Made by a program: the position numbers and the translations under genes. Below the pieces are notes generated by a model that was given only the letters and a program-made list of their open reading frames with translations, did not search any database and was not told the origin of the DNA. From the NCBI GenBank assembly GCA_021813555.1, contig JAKAKG010000120.1, positions 1 to 61,167 of the forward strand: 61,167 bases of DNA, given 5' to 3'. Source of the DNA: Acidobacteriota bacterium. Its GTDB lineage: Bacteria > Acidobacteriota > UBA4820 > DSQY01. Positions within the stretch are counted from its first letter, which is position 1. Each line of letters opens with the position of its first letter. Shown piece after piece: positions 8,106 to 17,331 of this stretch.

Positions 8106-9404
8106 TCATACCTTCACCCGGGTCGTGAGGCCCTTCATGATGTCGTTGTAGTAAATGACGCCGAGGATCTGGTCCTGGGTGTCCACCACGGGAATCATGC
8201 GGTAGTGGTATTTCACGAACAGCTCGGCCAGGTCGTCCTTGAGGTCGTCCGCCTCGGCGGCCACCACGGGCGAGGCCATGATCTCCCCGAGGGTCACGTG
8301 GTCGGCCGAGAGGACCAGCTCGCGCAGGTCCACGACACCCACGAGGGTGGGGCCGCTTCCGTCCACCACGTACGCGTAGGAGATGGTGTCGGGCTCGCGG
8401 CCCGAGCGCCGGATTTCGTCGAGGGCCCGGCCCACCGTCGCGTCGCGGTGGAACGTGATGAAATCCGTGGAGATGAGCGCGCGGGCCGTGGCCTCCCGCT
8501 CGCTCAGGATGTGGGTGATCCGGGCGGCCTGCTCCTGGGGCAGGAGGGTCATGAGCTCCGTCATGTCGTCGTGGGGGAGGACCGAGAAGAGGTCGGCCAC
8601 CTGGGGCACGGAGAGCTCGGACAAGATCGTGCGGGCTCGCTCCTGGCGCAAATTGGCGATGATCTGGCGCTGGGCCCTGGGCTCGGCCTCGATGAGGGTC
8701 TCGGCGGCCTTTTCGGGCTCCAGGGCCGAGAAGAGGGCTTGCTGTTCCTCGCCCGAGAGCTCTTCGAGGGCGTCCGCCAGATCCTCGCCGGGCAGCTCGT
8801 CGATCTGCCGCCGCGTGATGGAGAGGGAGACCTTGTCCGTGGCCGCGGCGTCTTCCACGGAGAGGGGCTGGATGTACTTCCAGGAGATGAGGTGGTCCTT
8901 GACCCAATTGAACCGCTTCAGGCCCCATCGGCGCAGGAAGCCGTTGAAGGAGATGTCCACGTGGACCACGAGCATGCGCCCGCGGGATTCGAGCAGGTGC
9001 ACGTCGTTCACCACTTCGGTCCGCCGCCCGTCCATGTCCAGGACCGTCTTCCCCATGAGGTGGTCTTCCAGCATGATCCACCCCTGCTGATCCACGAAGG
9101 GAGGATAGGGCTCGCCCCCTTCGGCGGGCTTTACGAAGATGGCGTCATCCTCGATCTTCATCACCCGGTCCCAGGGCACGAACTGGGTGGGCTTGCCCCA
9201 CCCGTACTCCATGTAAATGCCCACCGCTTCTGGATAAGGCTCTGTGAGCCTGAACACGAGGTCCGAGACTTTGCCGATTCGGTCCTTGATCTTCCCCGCG
9301 CACACGGGGCGCTTGAGAAGCTCCGAGAAGTAGAGGAAGCGGAAGCTCCCGATTCCCGCCGGAAGGTCGGGGACCCCGGGCATTTTCTGCGCTACGGCGA
9401 TCAT
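8106..9404 (-). CDS. MgtE-like cytosolic protein (PRC-barrel-like region, MgtE N domain, CBS pair; no TM domain)
   Basis: VLDMDGRRTEVVNDV, DLADALEEL, VGVVDLRELV, IPVVD; GAGGAGG RBS; start overlaps the NRAMP stop. Confidence 0.85.
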   Translation of the reverse strand: MIAVAQKMPGVPDLPAGIGSFRFLYFSELLKRPVCAGKIKDRIGKVSDLVFRLTEPYPEAVGIYMEYGWGKPTQFVPWDRVMKIEDDAIFVKPAEGGEPYPPFVDQQGWIMLEDHLMGKTVLDMDGRRTEVVNDVHLLESRGRMLVVHVDISFNGFLRRWGLKRFNWVKDHLISWKYIQPLSVEDAAATDKVSLSITRRQIDELPGEDLADALEELSGEEQQALFSALEPEKAAETLIEAEPRAQRQIIANLRQERARTILSELSVPQVADLFSVLPHDDMTELMTLLPQEQAARITHILSEREATARALISTDFITFHRDATVGRALDEIRRSGREPDTISYAYVVDGSGPTLVGVVDLRELVLSADHVTLGEIMASPVVAAEADDLKDDLAELFVKYHYRMIPVVDTQDQILGVIYYNDIMKGLTTRVKV

Positions 9405-10732
9405 GGGGACCTCCTCATGAGCCTCTCCAAGAGGCCTGGAAAGAGGGTGGTGAAGGCGAACAGGGTGGACATGAAGGTGACGAAGATCACGATAGACCAG
9501 TTGGCGATGTTCTGCCACCGGGTGTTCACGTGTTCGCCCATGAAGGCCGGTTCGTTGAGGATGAGGATGAGAAAGATGAGGGCCGAGGGCAGGAGGGTGA
9601 CGGCCACCACCTGGACGAACATGGTGATGGTCACGAGGGGGGCGCCCGGGATGAGGACGATGGCTCCCGCCGTGAGGAGCATGCCCAGGTAAATGACGTA
9701 GAACCAGGGTGCCTCGCGCACGCTCTTGTTGAGGGAGTGGGCCCAGCCGAAGACCTCGCCCACGGCCCACGAGGTGCTCAGGGAAATGCACAGGGCCCCC
9801 AGGAAGCCGGCATCGAAGAGGCCGATGGCGAACAGGGTCCTGGCGAGATGGCCCTGGCCGGCGGGGAGGAGGGGCACGAGGGCTTCGGCGGTCTGCGCGG
9901 CGTCCTCGATGAGGATGGGGGGCTTGTGGAAGTAGAAGGCGGCCCCCGTGGCGATGATGATGAACGCGGCCACGATGCACGTCATGAGGGAGCCTGCCAG
10001 CGTGTCCAGCTTGCCGAATTTGATGTCGTGGATGTCCAGCCCCTTGTCCACCACGGAGCTCTGCTGGAAGAAGATTTGCCAAGGTGCGATGGTGGTCCCG
10101 ATGTTGGCCAGGATGATGAAGATGATCTCACCGGAGAGCCCGCCCGGGAAGTTGGGGAGGACGAGCCCTTTGAAGACCTCGGCCCACGCCGGCGCCGTGG
10201 GCGTCTTCATGGCCCAGAAGGCCGCCGGGATGTACACGAGGTTGAAGGCGCAGAACAGGAGGGTGAGCTTCTCGAAGGTCCAGTACTTGCCCGAGAGGAC
10301 CACGAGGAAGAGGATGGCCGTCACGCCCAGGAACGTGATCCATGGAGGGACGCCAAAAAGGCTCATGGCGGCCATCATGCCGATGTACTCGGTGATGAGG
10401 GTGAGCCAGTTGACGATGGCCAGGTCCGCCAGGGAGAACCAGCCCCAGAAGGAGCCGAAGCCCTCGAAGATGGCCTCCGCGTGCCCGCGCTTGGTGACGG
10501 CGCCCAGGCGCACCGTCATCTCTTGCACGTAGTAGGCCATGGGCACGAGGATGAAGAAGATCCAGAGAAGGGAGAAGCCGTATTTGGATCCCGTTACGGC
10601 GTAGGTTGAGATGCCTCCTGCGTCGTTGTCCGCCACCATGGTGATGATGCCGGGCCCCAGGACGGCAAAGAAGACCAGAATCTGCCGCCGCCAGCGGTTT
10701 ACGAGGTGGATACTCTTGCTGATCCAGTACAT
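9401..10732 (-). CDS. NRAMP/SLC11-family transporter, Mg2+-type (NRMT/NrmT-like) clade
   Basis: GPGIITMVADNDAGGISTY (DAGG rather than DPGN), QEMTVRLGAVT, GTTIAPWQIFFQQS; about 11 TM. Confidence 0.9.
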   Translation of the reverse strand: MYWISKSIHLVNRWRRQILVFFAVLGPGIITMVADNDAGGISTYAVTGSKYGFSLLWIFFILVPMAYYVQEMTVRLGAVTKRGHAEAIFEGFGSFWGWFSLADLAIVNWLTLITEYIGMMAAMSLFGVPPWITFLGVTAILFLVVLSGKYWTFEKLTLLFCAFNLVYIPAAFWAMKTPTAPAWAEVFKGLVLPNFPGGLSGEIIFIILANIGTTIAPWQIFFQQSSVVDKGLDIHDIKFGKLDTLAGSLMTCIVAAFIIIATGAAFYFHKPPILIEDAAQTAEALVPLLPAGQGHLARTLFAIGLFDAGFLGALCISLSTSWAVGEVFGWAHSLNKSVREAPWFYVIYLGMLLTAGAIVLIPGAPLVTITMFVQVVAVTLLPSALIFLILILNEPAFMGEHVNTRWQNIANWSIVIFVTFMSTLFAFTTLFPGLLERLMRRSP

Positions 10733-10867
10733 GGTCCGCCCGTATCAGACATGGGAAAACTCCCGCGTGCTCGCGCGGCGGACAGCGGCCGGATTTGGTG
10801 TGGCGTGGGTCATGGCGCGTCTCCGGCATCCGGTGGGGGACCGGTCCCGAGCGCGCCGGCGGCTGGG

Positions 10868-10975
10868 CTAAGGGCAGAGAGGGGCGGCGGCCGGTTCCGG
10901 GATACTGCCCTGAGCGCGAGCGCTCGGAGCTTGGTCCCCGCAAGTCATGATTTCCGAGGTACTGGGCGGTTCCAT
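10868..10975 (-). CDS. Candidate Pro-rich leader peptide (35 aa)
   Basis: MEPPSTSEIMTCGDQAPSARAQGSIPEPAAAPLCP; GGAAAGGAACT precedes the ATG; lies in the NRAMP 5' leader. Confidence 0.35.
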   Translation of the reverse strand: MEPPSTSEIMTCGDQAPSARAQGSIPEPAAAPLCP

Positions 10976-10999
10976 AGTTCCTTTCCCGTTCCGTTCACG

Positions 11000-11024
11000 A
11001 AAAACCACCCGCGAAACCCGCGGG
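11000..11024 (-). terminator. Terminator-like hairpin at the 5' end of the NRAMP leader
   Basis: CCCGCG-GGTTT-CGCGGG-TGG-TTTTT on the minus strand. Confidence 0.5.
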
Positions 11025-11036
11025 CCGAACACCGGT

Positions 11037-11065
11037 AATCTACAGCAAAATGCCCCCTTTAGCAA
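11037..11065 (-). promoter_or_regulatory. Sigma70-type promoter of the NRAMP operon
   Basis: TTGCTA-17 nt-TAGATT. Confidence 0.6.
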
Positions 11066-11115
11066 GGGCCGGGTGCCCGCGAGTCCGGCGGCTACCAGGC
11101 TGCCGGGCCCCGCAG

Positions 11116-11144
11116 TTGCGCCGAGCCGCTTGGGCCGCTATACT
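11116..11144 (+). promoter_or_regulatory. Sigma70-type promoter of the receiver/GTPase-kinase operon
   Basis: TTGCGC-17 nt-TATACT. Confidence 0.6.
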
Positions 11145-11179
11145 GCATGAATCGAAGCGTGCGCGTTCGAGGGGGGGGG

Positions 11180-11557
11180 ATGGGGCGTGGAGCAGGAGAG
11201 CCCGTGCGAGTGCTGGTGGTGGACGACAACGCCCTCATCCGCAAAATGATCCGCGCCGTCCTCGACGAGGAGGGGGTGGAATGCCACGAGGCTACCGACG
11301 TGGCCTCGGCGCTCTCCGCCCTGAGGGACGTGAAGCCCGACCTCTGCTTTCTGGACCAGTACATGCCTGACGGCGAGGGTTTCTCCGTGCTGAAAGCATT
11401 GCAGGCTTGGCCCCCGGGCCCCCGCCCCCGCGTCTATCTCCTGACGGGCAGCGCCGACGAACACATCGCCTTCCAAGCCCGCGAGTTGGGAGCGACGGGT
11501 GTCCTGTTCAAGCCCGTGGATCCTAACCTCCTCATCCAGAAGGTACGAGAGCGCTGA
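11180..11557 (+). CDS. Single-domain response regulator (CheY-like)
   Basis: VLVVDD, FLDQYMPD (phosphoacceptor Asp), LLTG, LFKP. Confidence 0.9.
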   Translation: MGRGAGEPVRVLVVDDNALIRKMIRAVLDEEGVECHEATDVASALSALRDVKPDLCFLDQYMPDGEGFSVLKALQAWPPGPRPRVYLLTGSADEHIAFQARELGATGVLFKPVDPNLLIQKVRER

Positions 11558-11558
11558 C

Positions 11559-13634
11559 ATGGTGCAGTTCAGACACGCCCAGAAGGAGATCCAGTTCAAG
11601 GTCGTCTATTACGGCCCCGCCCTGGGCGGGAAGACCACGAACCTGGAAGCCCTCCACGAGATCACGGACCCGCACGGGGACTCCCAGCTCGTCTCCCTGA
11701 AAACCGCCGAGGACCGGACCCTCTTCTTCGACTTTCTCCCCTTCGACCTGGGAGAGATCCAGGGCTACCACATCCGGTTCCAGGTCTACACCGTGCCCGG
11801 CCAGGTCCACTACAACACGACGCGCAAGGTGGTCCTGGCGGGCACCGATGCTCTGATTTTTGTGGCCGATTCCCAGCCCGGCCGCGCCCAGGAGAACTAC
11901 ATCTCCTGGGAAAACATGAAGGCCAACCTGCTCGCCAACAAGATGGACCTCTCCCAGACGCCCGTGGTCATCCAGTGCAACAAGCGGGATCTCCCCGGGA
12001 TCATGGCGCCCGAGGCGGTCCTCGCCGCCATGAAGGCCGACGGCTTCCCCGTGGCTCTCGCCAGCGCCCTGAGCGGCGAGGGGGTGGTCCAGACCTTCAT
12101 GACCTGCGTGGAGCGCTGTCTCGTGCTCTTCGCGGAGCGCTTCAAGCTGGGACAGAAGGGCGCCACGCCGGAGCGGCTGGCGGAGGGCGTCCGGGCCGTA
12201 TTCACGCCCTTCGCCGAGAAGCGGCGCAAGGGATACCAGCCCGCGGACAGCCGCGTGGCCGTCTCCGCCGAGGTGCCAGTCCACGGCCTCTCCGAGGAGG
12301 AGCAACTGGTGGCGGCCCTCCAGTCCACCACCCAGCTCGCCGAGGAGTACCAGGAGCAGCACCTCCTGAGCCGGATGTACCAGGCCCGCCTCCGCGAAAT
12401 GACGGCGCTTTACGAGATAGGGCGCACCCTCGCGGACGCCACCGAGGTAGAGGCCGCCCTCACCGGCTGCGCGAGCCGCTTGTCGGAGGCCCGGCCCAAC
12501 TGGAAAGTCTCGGCCTTCGCTTCCAGGGGGGGCTCCATCACTCCCTTGCAGTGCTTCGGCTGCGCCGAAGATCCACTCTGGGGTGCCGATGCCCCCGGAG
12601 CGGGGAACCTCGCCCTGGGGCTCCTTCAGCGCAACGAGCGCATGCGCCTCGACGACCTGCAGGACCGCCTCCGGCAGCTCAAGGCCGATCCGCCTCCGGA
12701 CGTGGGGGAGGCCATGGCCATTCCCTTGGGCCCGCAGGGCGGCCCCATGGGGTACTTCATCGTCTACTGCCCCCCCGATGAGCCCTTCAGCAATGACGAG
12801 GACCGGTTTCTGTCTCTCGTGGAACAGGTCATGACCCCTCGCCTTCAGACCCTCGCACTCGTGCGCGAACTGGCGGACGCCAACGAGCGGCTGGAGGTTA
12901 AGGTCATGGAGCGTACGGCGGATCTTCAGTTGGCCCTCGCCCAGCTCACGGAGCTGGACCAGCTCAAACGGGCGTTTTTGAACAACGTGTCCCACGAAAT
13001 GAAGACGCCCCTCACGAACATCCGCTCCTACGCCGATCTGCTCAAGCGCTACCCTCAGCAGCGCGAGAAGAACGCGGAGGAGTACCTGGGCATCATCCAC
13101 GAGGAAACGGTGAGACTGGAGACCATGGTCAACGACCTGCTCTCTTACACCCGCATCAAGGAGCCAGCCCGCGGGGAGTTCTGCGACCTCGTGGCCGTTC
13201 TGGACGACGTCATCCACGTCGTTTCGCCCCAGGCCGACGCCAAACACCTCACGGTGCAGGTCCAGAAGGAGAGGGACACCCTCTTCTACGAGATCAACCG
13301 CGAGGACGCGGTGGTCCTCTTTCGGCAGATCCTGGACAATGCCGTCAAGTTCTCGCCCGAGGGGGTCAAGGTCAAAGTCTACCTCCTTCACGACGCGCGC
13401 AAGGTCATCTTCGCCGCCCGCGATTACGGCCCCGGATTCCCGAAAGACCAGCGGGAGCGCCTGCTGGAGCCCGAGGAATCTGGCAAGCCGCAGGTTCCGA
13501 GCTACAAATCGCCCGGGCTGGGCATGGGCCTCTTCCTCGTGAAGGAGGTCTTGTCCAAGTATGGCGGGGTCATCGCCATCGAGAACATGGAGCCCGGCAG
13601 CAATGTCCTCGTGGAGCTGCCCAAGGCCCAATAG
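11559..13634 (+). CDS. MglA-like small GTPase fused to a GAF domain and a histidine kinase
   Basis: GPALGGKTT, DRTLFFDF, TVPGQ, NKRD; GAF-like middle; NVSHEMKTPL, LDNAVKFS, DYGPG, GLGMGL. Confidence 0.9.
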   Translation: MVQFRHAQKEIQFKVVYYGPALGGKTTNLEALHEITDPHGDSQLVSLKTAEDRTLFFDFLPFDLGEIQGYHIRFQVYTVPGQVHYNTTRKVVLAGTDALIFVADSQPGRAQENYISWENMKANLLANKMDLSQTPVVIQCNKRDLPGIMAPEAVLAAMKADGFPVALASALSGEGVVQTFMTCVERCLVLFAERFKLGQKGATPERLAEGVRAVFTPFAEKRRKGYQPADSRVAVSAEVPVHGLSEEEQLVAALQSTTQLAEEYQEQHLLSRMYQARLREMTALYEIGRTLADATEVEAALTGCASRLSEARPNWKVSAFASRGGSITPLQCFGCAEDPLWGADAPGAGNLALGLLQRNERMRLDDLQDRLRQLKADPPPDVGEAMAIPLGPQGGPMGYFIVYCPPDEPFSNDEDRFLSLVEQVMTPRLQTLALVRELADANERLEVKVMERTADLQLALAQLTELDQLKRAFLNNVSHEMKTPLTNIRSYADLLKRYPQQREKNAEEYLGIIHEETVRLETMVNDLLSYTRIKEPARGEFCDLVAVLDDVIHVVSPQADAKHLTVQVQKERDTLFYEINREDAVVLFRQILDNAVKFSPEGVKVKVYLLHDARKVIFAARDYGPGFPKDQRERLLEPEESGKPQVPSYKSPGLGMGLFLVKEVLSKYGGVIAIENMEPGSNVLVELPKAQ

Positions 13635-13746
13635 GCGAAGACGCTCACCACGAAGGCACCAAGACGCCAAGAAACATTTCTTGAAAGAAACACATCCATC
13701 AAGAACGCTCCTTCATCCCTGTGATACCGTAAGAGGAGGAGGGCCC

Positions 13747-14937
13747 ATGCGCTTTCTGGCTACGGCGTCCAAAGGACTCGAAGAGGTGGTGGCGGGCGAA
13801 CTTCGGGCGCTGGGGCTCTCCGTTCTCGACGTGGCCCCCGGCCTGGTGGCATTCAAGGGCCGGATGGAAGACGGTTGGCGGGCGTGCTTGTGGCTCCGGG
13901 CGGGCCGGAGAGTCCTCCTCCCCCTCGGTTCCTTCGAGGCCCCGGACGCCGATGCCCTCTACGAGGGGGCGAAGGCGTTGCCGTGGGACGAGTTTCTCGC
14001 GGCGGACCGGACCTTCGCCGTGGAGGCGGCGGTCCGCGATTCGGCCTTCAACCACTCGGGCTACGTGGCCCTCCGCGTGAAGGACGCCATCGCCGACGCC
14101 CTGCGCGAGCGGCGCGGCGCCCGCCCCGACGTGGACCGGAGGGATCCGGACGTGCGCATCGTGGTCCACATCGCCCGCACCCGCGCAGACGTCAGCCTTG
14201 ACTGCTCGGGCGGCCCCCTGCACAAGCGGGGCTACCGCATCAAGCCCGTGGCCGCCGCCCTCAACGAGACCCTCGCGGCGGGTATTCTTCTGCTGGGCGG
14301 CTACGATGGCACCGTCCCCATGGCCGACCCCTTCTGCGGCTCAGGAACCCTCTGCATCGAAGCGGCCCTTATGGCCACGAGAACGGCCCCGGGCCTCCTC
14401 CGGGCCGAACCCTTCGGCTTCGAGCGCTGGCCCGCCTTCGAGCCCCAAGCCTGGCGCGCCATCTTCAAGGAGGCCGAAGGCGCTCTGCGCGATGCCCCGG
14501 CTCCCATCCTTGGCAGTGACGTGGACGGCTCCGCCGTGGCGGCGGCTTCGGCCAACGCGGAGCGTGCGGGAATGGACCGGTGGATCCGCCTCAAACGACG
14601 GGACGCCCGCGATTTCTCGGCTCCCGCCGGCCCCGCCGGCCTCATCGCCGCCAATCCGCCCTACGGCGACCATGCGGGGGCCGGCGAGGACCTCGCCGGG
14701 CTGTACAGCGCCTTCGGCGACGCCCTCAAACGGCGCTGCCCCGGCTGGAGGGCCCTTCTCCTCACGGGCGACGGGACTCTCGCCAAAGCCATCGGCCTCC
14801 GTCCCAAGCGAAAAATTCCCCTCTTCAACGGCCCCATGCCCGTCAAACTCCTGGAGTTTGAGATGTACGAGGGCACGCGAAGAGGATCGGGCGGAGGAGC
14901 GGGCGAGGCCGTGGAGCGAGACGCGAGGCCGGAATGA
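13747..14937 (+). CDS. THUMP-domain class I SAM-dependent RNA methyltransferase (RlmL-like)
   Basis: ATASKGLEEVV, LHKRGYR, LNETLAAG, DPFCGSGT, ANPPYG; GAGGAGG RBS. Confidence 0.9.
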   Translation: MRFLATASKGLEEVVAGELRALGLSVLDVAPGLVAFKGRMEDGWRACLWLRAGRRVLLPLGSFEAPDADALYEGAKALPWDEFLAADRTFAVEAAVRDSAFNHSGYVALRVKDAIADALRERRGARPDVDRRDPDVRIVVHIARTRADVSLDCSGGPLHKRGYRIKPVAAALNETLAAGILLLGGYDGTVPMADPFCGSGTLCIEAALMATRTAPGLLRAEPFGFERWPAFEPQAWRAIFKEAEGALRDAPAPILGSDVDGSAVAAASANAERAGMDRWIRLKRRDARDFSAPAGPAGLIAANPPYGDHAGAGEDLAGLYSAFGDALKRRCPGWRALLLTGDGTLAKAIGLRPKRKIPLFNGPMPVKLLEFEMYEGTRRGSGGGAGEAVERDARPE

Positions 14938-15100
14938 GGGGATGCCGGGATGAGGAGATGCCGAGATGGGGGGATGACGGGATGAGGAAGAATCCCACGG
15001 TCCCGGCGCTCAGTTCCACATTGCCACATCCCACATCCCAAATCCCAAATCTCAAATTGTTCCGCTTCCCCTTTCCCCTTCCCCTGTCCCTCGTCCCCGC
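14933..15100. repeat. GATGAGGR octamer array followed by CCCACAT/CCCAAAT and TTCCCCT heptamer arrays
   Basis: atgaggggatgccgggatgaggagatgccgagatggggggatgacgggatgagg; cccacatcccaaatcccaaat; ttcccctttcccct. Confidence 0.75.
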
Positions 15101-15163
15101 TTTCCTATACACTCCTTTCTTGGCTGGCGGAGGTTTGGCCGGTCCGAGGGAAACGGCGGACCC

Positions 15164-15643
15164 ATGACCACCTTCAGAATCGCCACACTGGTTAGGCTCG
15201 TGGACGGCTGGAAAGAAACCAGCCAGGTCCGAGCTTTGATTCTCGATTTGGCGGGGCGCGCCGAGGAGGGCAAAAACCTCTTCGCCGGGGCTCCCCTTCC
15301 CGAGGACCTGGTGGGGAACCGGCTCCCCGCGGGCATCGCCAGCGCCTGGGCCTTCGTCGTCCGCCCCGCCACGCGGCTCCCCGCGCACACGCATCCCAAC
15401 TCCGTCCAGCACACGGCGGTCCTCTCGGGTACGGGCATGAGCCACATCGGGCGGCGCAGCGCCATCCTCCAGCCCTTCGACCCGGCCTACCCCGACCGGA
15501 GCATCTACGTGATTCCCGAGAACACGCCCCACGCCTTCGAGTCCTTCCACGAGCCCCTCGTGGTCCTCTCCTTTCACACCGTCTCCGCCGCGGACCTGGT
15601 GGAGGTGAACGTGGAGACGGGCAGCCGGCGGAAGTACATCTGA
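15164..15643 (+). CDS. Cupin-domain protein
   Basis: HTHPNSVQH...IPENTPHAF two-motif cupin pattern. Confidence 0.65.
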   Translation: MTTFRIATLVRLVDGWKETSQVRALILDLAGRAEEGKNLFAGAPLPEDLVGNRLPAGIASAWAFVVRPATRLPAHTHPNSVQHTAVLSGTGMSHIGRRSAILQPFDPAYPDRSIYVIPENTPHAFESFHEPLVVLSFHTVSAADLVEVNVETGSRRKYI

Positions 15644-15669
15644 GGCGCGGCACGCCCGCAGAGGCTCCC

Positions 15670-16587
15670 TTGACCCACGACCATCCCCACCCTGACATGG
15701 ACCGGCGCCTCCTCTGGAGTGTCCTCCTCAACGTGCTCATCACCGCCGTGGAGGTAGTGGGAGGCCTCATGTCGGGGAGCCTCGCCCTCCTGGCCGATGC
15801 CCTCCACAACCTCAGCGACGTGGTGGCCCTCGCCCTCGCCCTCCTGGCGCGCGTGGTGGGGCGACGTCCGCCCTCGGCCCAGCATACCTATGGCCTCAAG
15901 CGAGTGGAGGTCCTGGCGGCCCTGGTGAACGCCCTGGCTCTCTTCCTCATCACGGGGGTCATCGCCCGCGAGGCGCTCCACCGCCTCCTCAAGCCCGAGC
16001 CGGTGAAGGCGGGCCTCATGCTGGCCGTGGCCGTGGTGGCCTTGGCCGCCAACCTGGCCGCCGTGTTCCTCCTAAGACACCACGACCACGACGACCTTAA
16101 CGTCAAGAGCGCCTTTCTCCACCTCCTCCAGGATTCCCTCGCCTCCCTGGCTGTGATCCTGGCGGCCCTCTTCTCGAAAACCTCCGTTGGGCCCTACCTG
16201 GATCCCGTGGCCTCCCTGGTGGTGGGCTTCGCCGTTCTCTACAGCGCCATTTCCATCGTCTGGGAGTCCGTGGGGATGCTCGTGGAGGCCGTACCGCGCG
16301 GGCTCGATCTGGATGAGCTGGTGCGAAGCACCGGCGACGTTTTCGCCCCCGCCCGCCTCCACCACGTTCACGTTTGGGAGCTGGGTCCCGGCCAGCGCGT
16401 CCTCACGGCTCACGTGTCCGTGCCCGACATGGACGTCTCCGCCTGCGAAGGCCTCTTCGGCCGAATCCGTGGCTTTCTCCAAGAGCGCTGGGACATCCAG
16501 CATGCTACCCTTGAAGCGGAGGTCAACGGCTGCGGAGAGGAAGACGGCTGCGGCGCGCCCGTGGCAGGCGGTAACAGTGAAGAGTGA
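15670..16587 (+). CDS. Cation diffusion facilitator (CzcD/ZitB-like)
   Basis: SLALLADALHNLSD, TYGLKRVEVL, AFLHLLQD, HHVHVWEL, HATLEAE. Confidence 0.93.
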   Translation: MTHDHPHPDMDRRLLWSVLLNVLITAVEVVGGLMSGSLALLADALHNLSDVVALALALLARVVGRRPPSAQHTYGLKRVEVLAALVNALALFLITGVIAREALHRLLKPEPVKAGLMLAVAVVALAANLAAVFLLRHHDHDDLNVKSAFLHLLQDSLASLAVILAALFSKTSVGPYLDPVASLVVGFAVLYSAISIVWESVGMLVEAVPRGLDLDELVRSTGDVFAPARLHHVHVWELGPGQRVLTAHVSVPDMDVSACEGLFGRIRGFLQERWDIQHATLEAEVNGCGEEDGCGAPVAGGNSEE

Positions 16588-16626
16588 AGAGTGAGGAGTG
16601 AGGAGTGAAGAGTGAGGAGTGAAAGG
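16578..16626. repeat. GTGAAGA/GTGAGGA heptamer array containing the CDF stop codon
   Basis: gtgaagagtgaagagtgaggagtgaggagtgaagagtgaggagtgaaag. Confidence 0.85.
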
Positions 16627-16751
16627 CAACGGCTATCCATCCCACTTCGCGCCTCGCGCAATCACCTCTGGCCCGTTGTCGCCATTCCAGAATTCCGCTT
16701 TCCGACATTTCCCTTCCCCGTGACTCCGCTTGTCTCAGAAAGGATGAACTC

Positions 16752-17204
16752 ATGAAGACCATCGCACTTTCCGTCCTGGCCGCCGCCCTCCTGGCCCTGT
16801 CCTTGGCCCCGCTGGCTCAAGGCAAACCGTCTCCTTCCAAGGAAGCTGCGCCCCAAGCCACGCAGGAGGTGACCACGCCCTCCGGCCTGAAGTACGTGGA
16901 CCTGAAGATGGGCACGGGCGCTCAGCCCAAGCCGGGCCAGACCGTCGTCGTGCACTACACGGGCACCCTCACGGACGGCACCAAGTTCGACAGCTCCCTG
17001 GACCGGAACGAGCCCCTCGAGTTCAAGCTGGGCGCGGGCATGGTCATCAAGGGGTGGGACGAAGGGATCGCCACCATGGAGGTGGGCGGCAAGCGCAAGC
17101 TCATCATCCCGCCGCAGCTCGCTTACGGCCAGCGCGGCTACCCGCCTGTCATCCCGCCCAATGCTACCCTCATTTTTGAGGTCGAGCTGCTCGGCGTGAA
17201 GTAA
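16752..17204 (+). CDS. FKBP-type peptidyl-prolyl isomerase with signal peptide
   Basis: [37 protein letters not shown]. Confidence 0.95.
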   Translation: MKTIALSVLAAALLALSLAPLAQGKPSPSKEAAPQATQEVTTPSGLKYVDLKMGTGAQPKPGQTVVVHYTGTLTDGTKFDSSLDRNEPLEFKLGAGMVIKGWDEGIATMEVGGKRKLIIPPQLAYGQRGYPPVIPPNATLIFEVELLGVK

Positions 17205-17331
17205 GGCGCCAGCCTTAGCTGCTCGTCAGCAAACCGTATACGGCGAGCCGGGACCGAAATGCCGGTTTCGGCGCCGTTTCTTTTCCCTGCGGGGGAATGG
17301 CTCCTCGAATCCCCGTAAAGGGAGGTGCGCC

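Noticed and set aside
9405-10082. Apparent N-terminal extension of the CBS protein (658-aa ORF)
   Set aside because: It overlaps the NRAMP gene in another frame; a GAGGAGG RBS supports the start at 9404.
10733-11030. M-box (ykoK) or yybP-ykoY riboswitch before the NRAMP
   Set aside because: The conserved sequence blocks of either family could not be found by eye.
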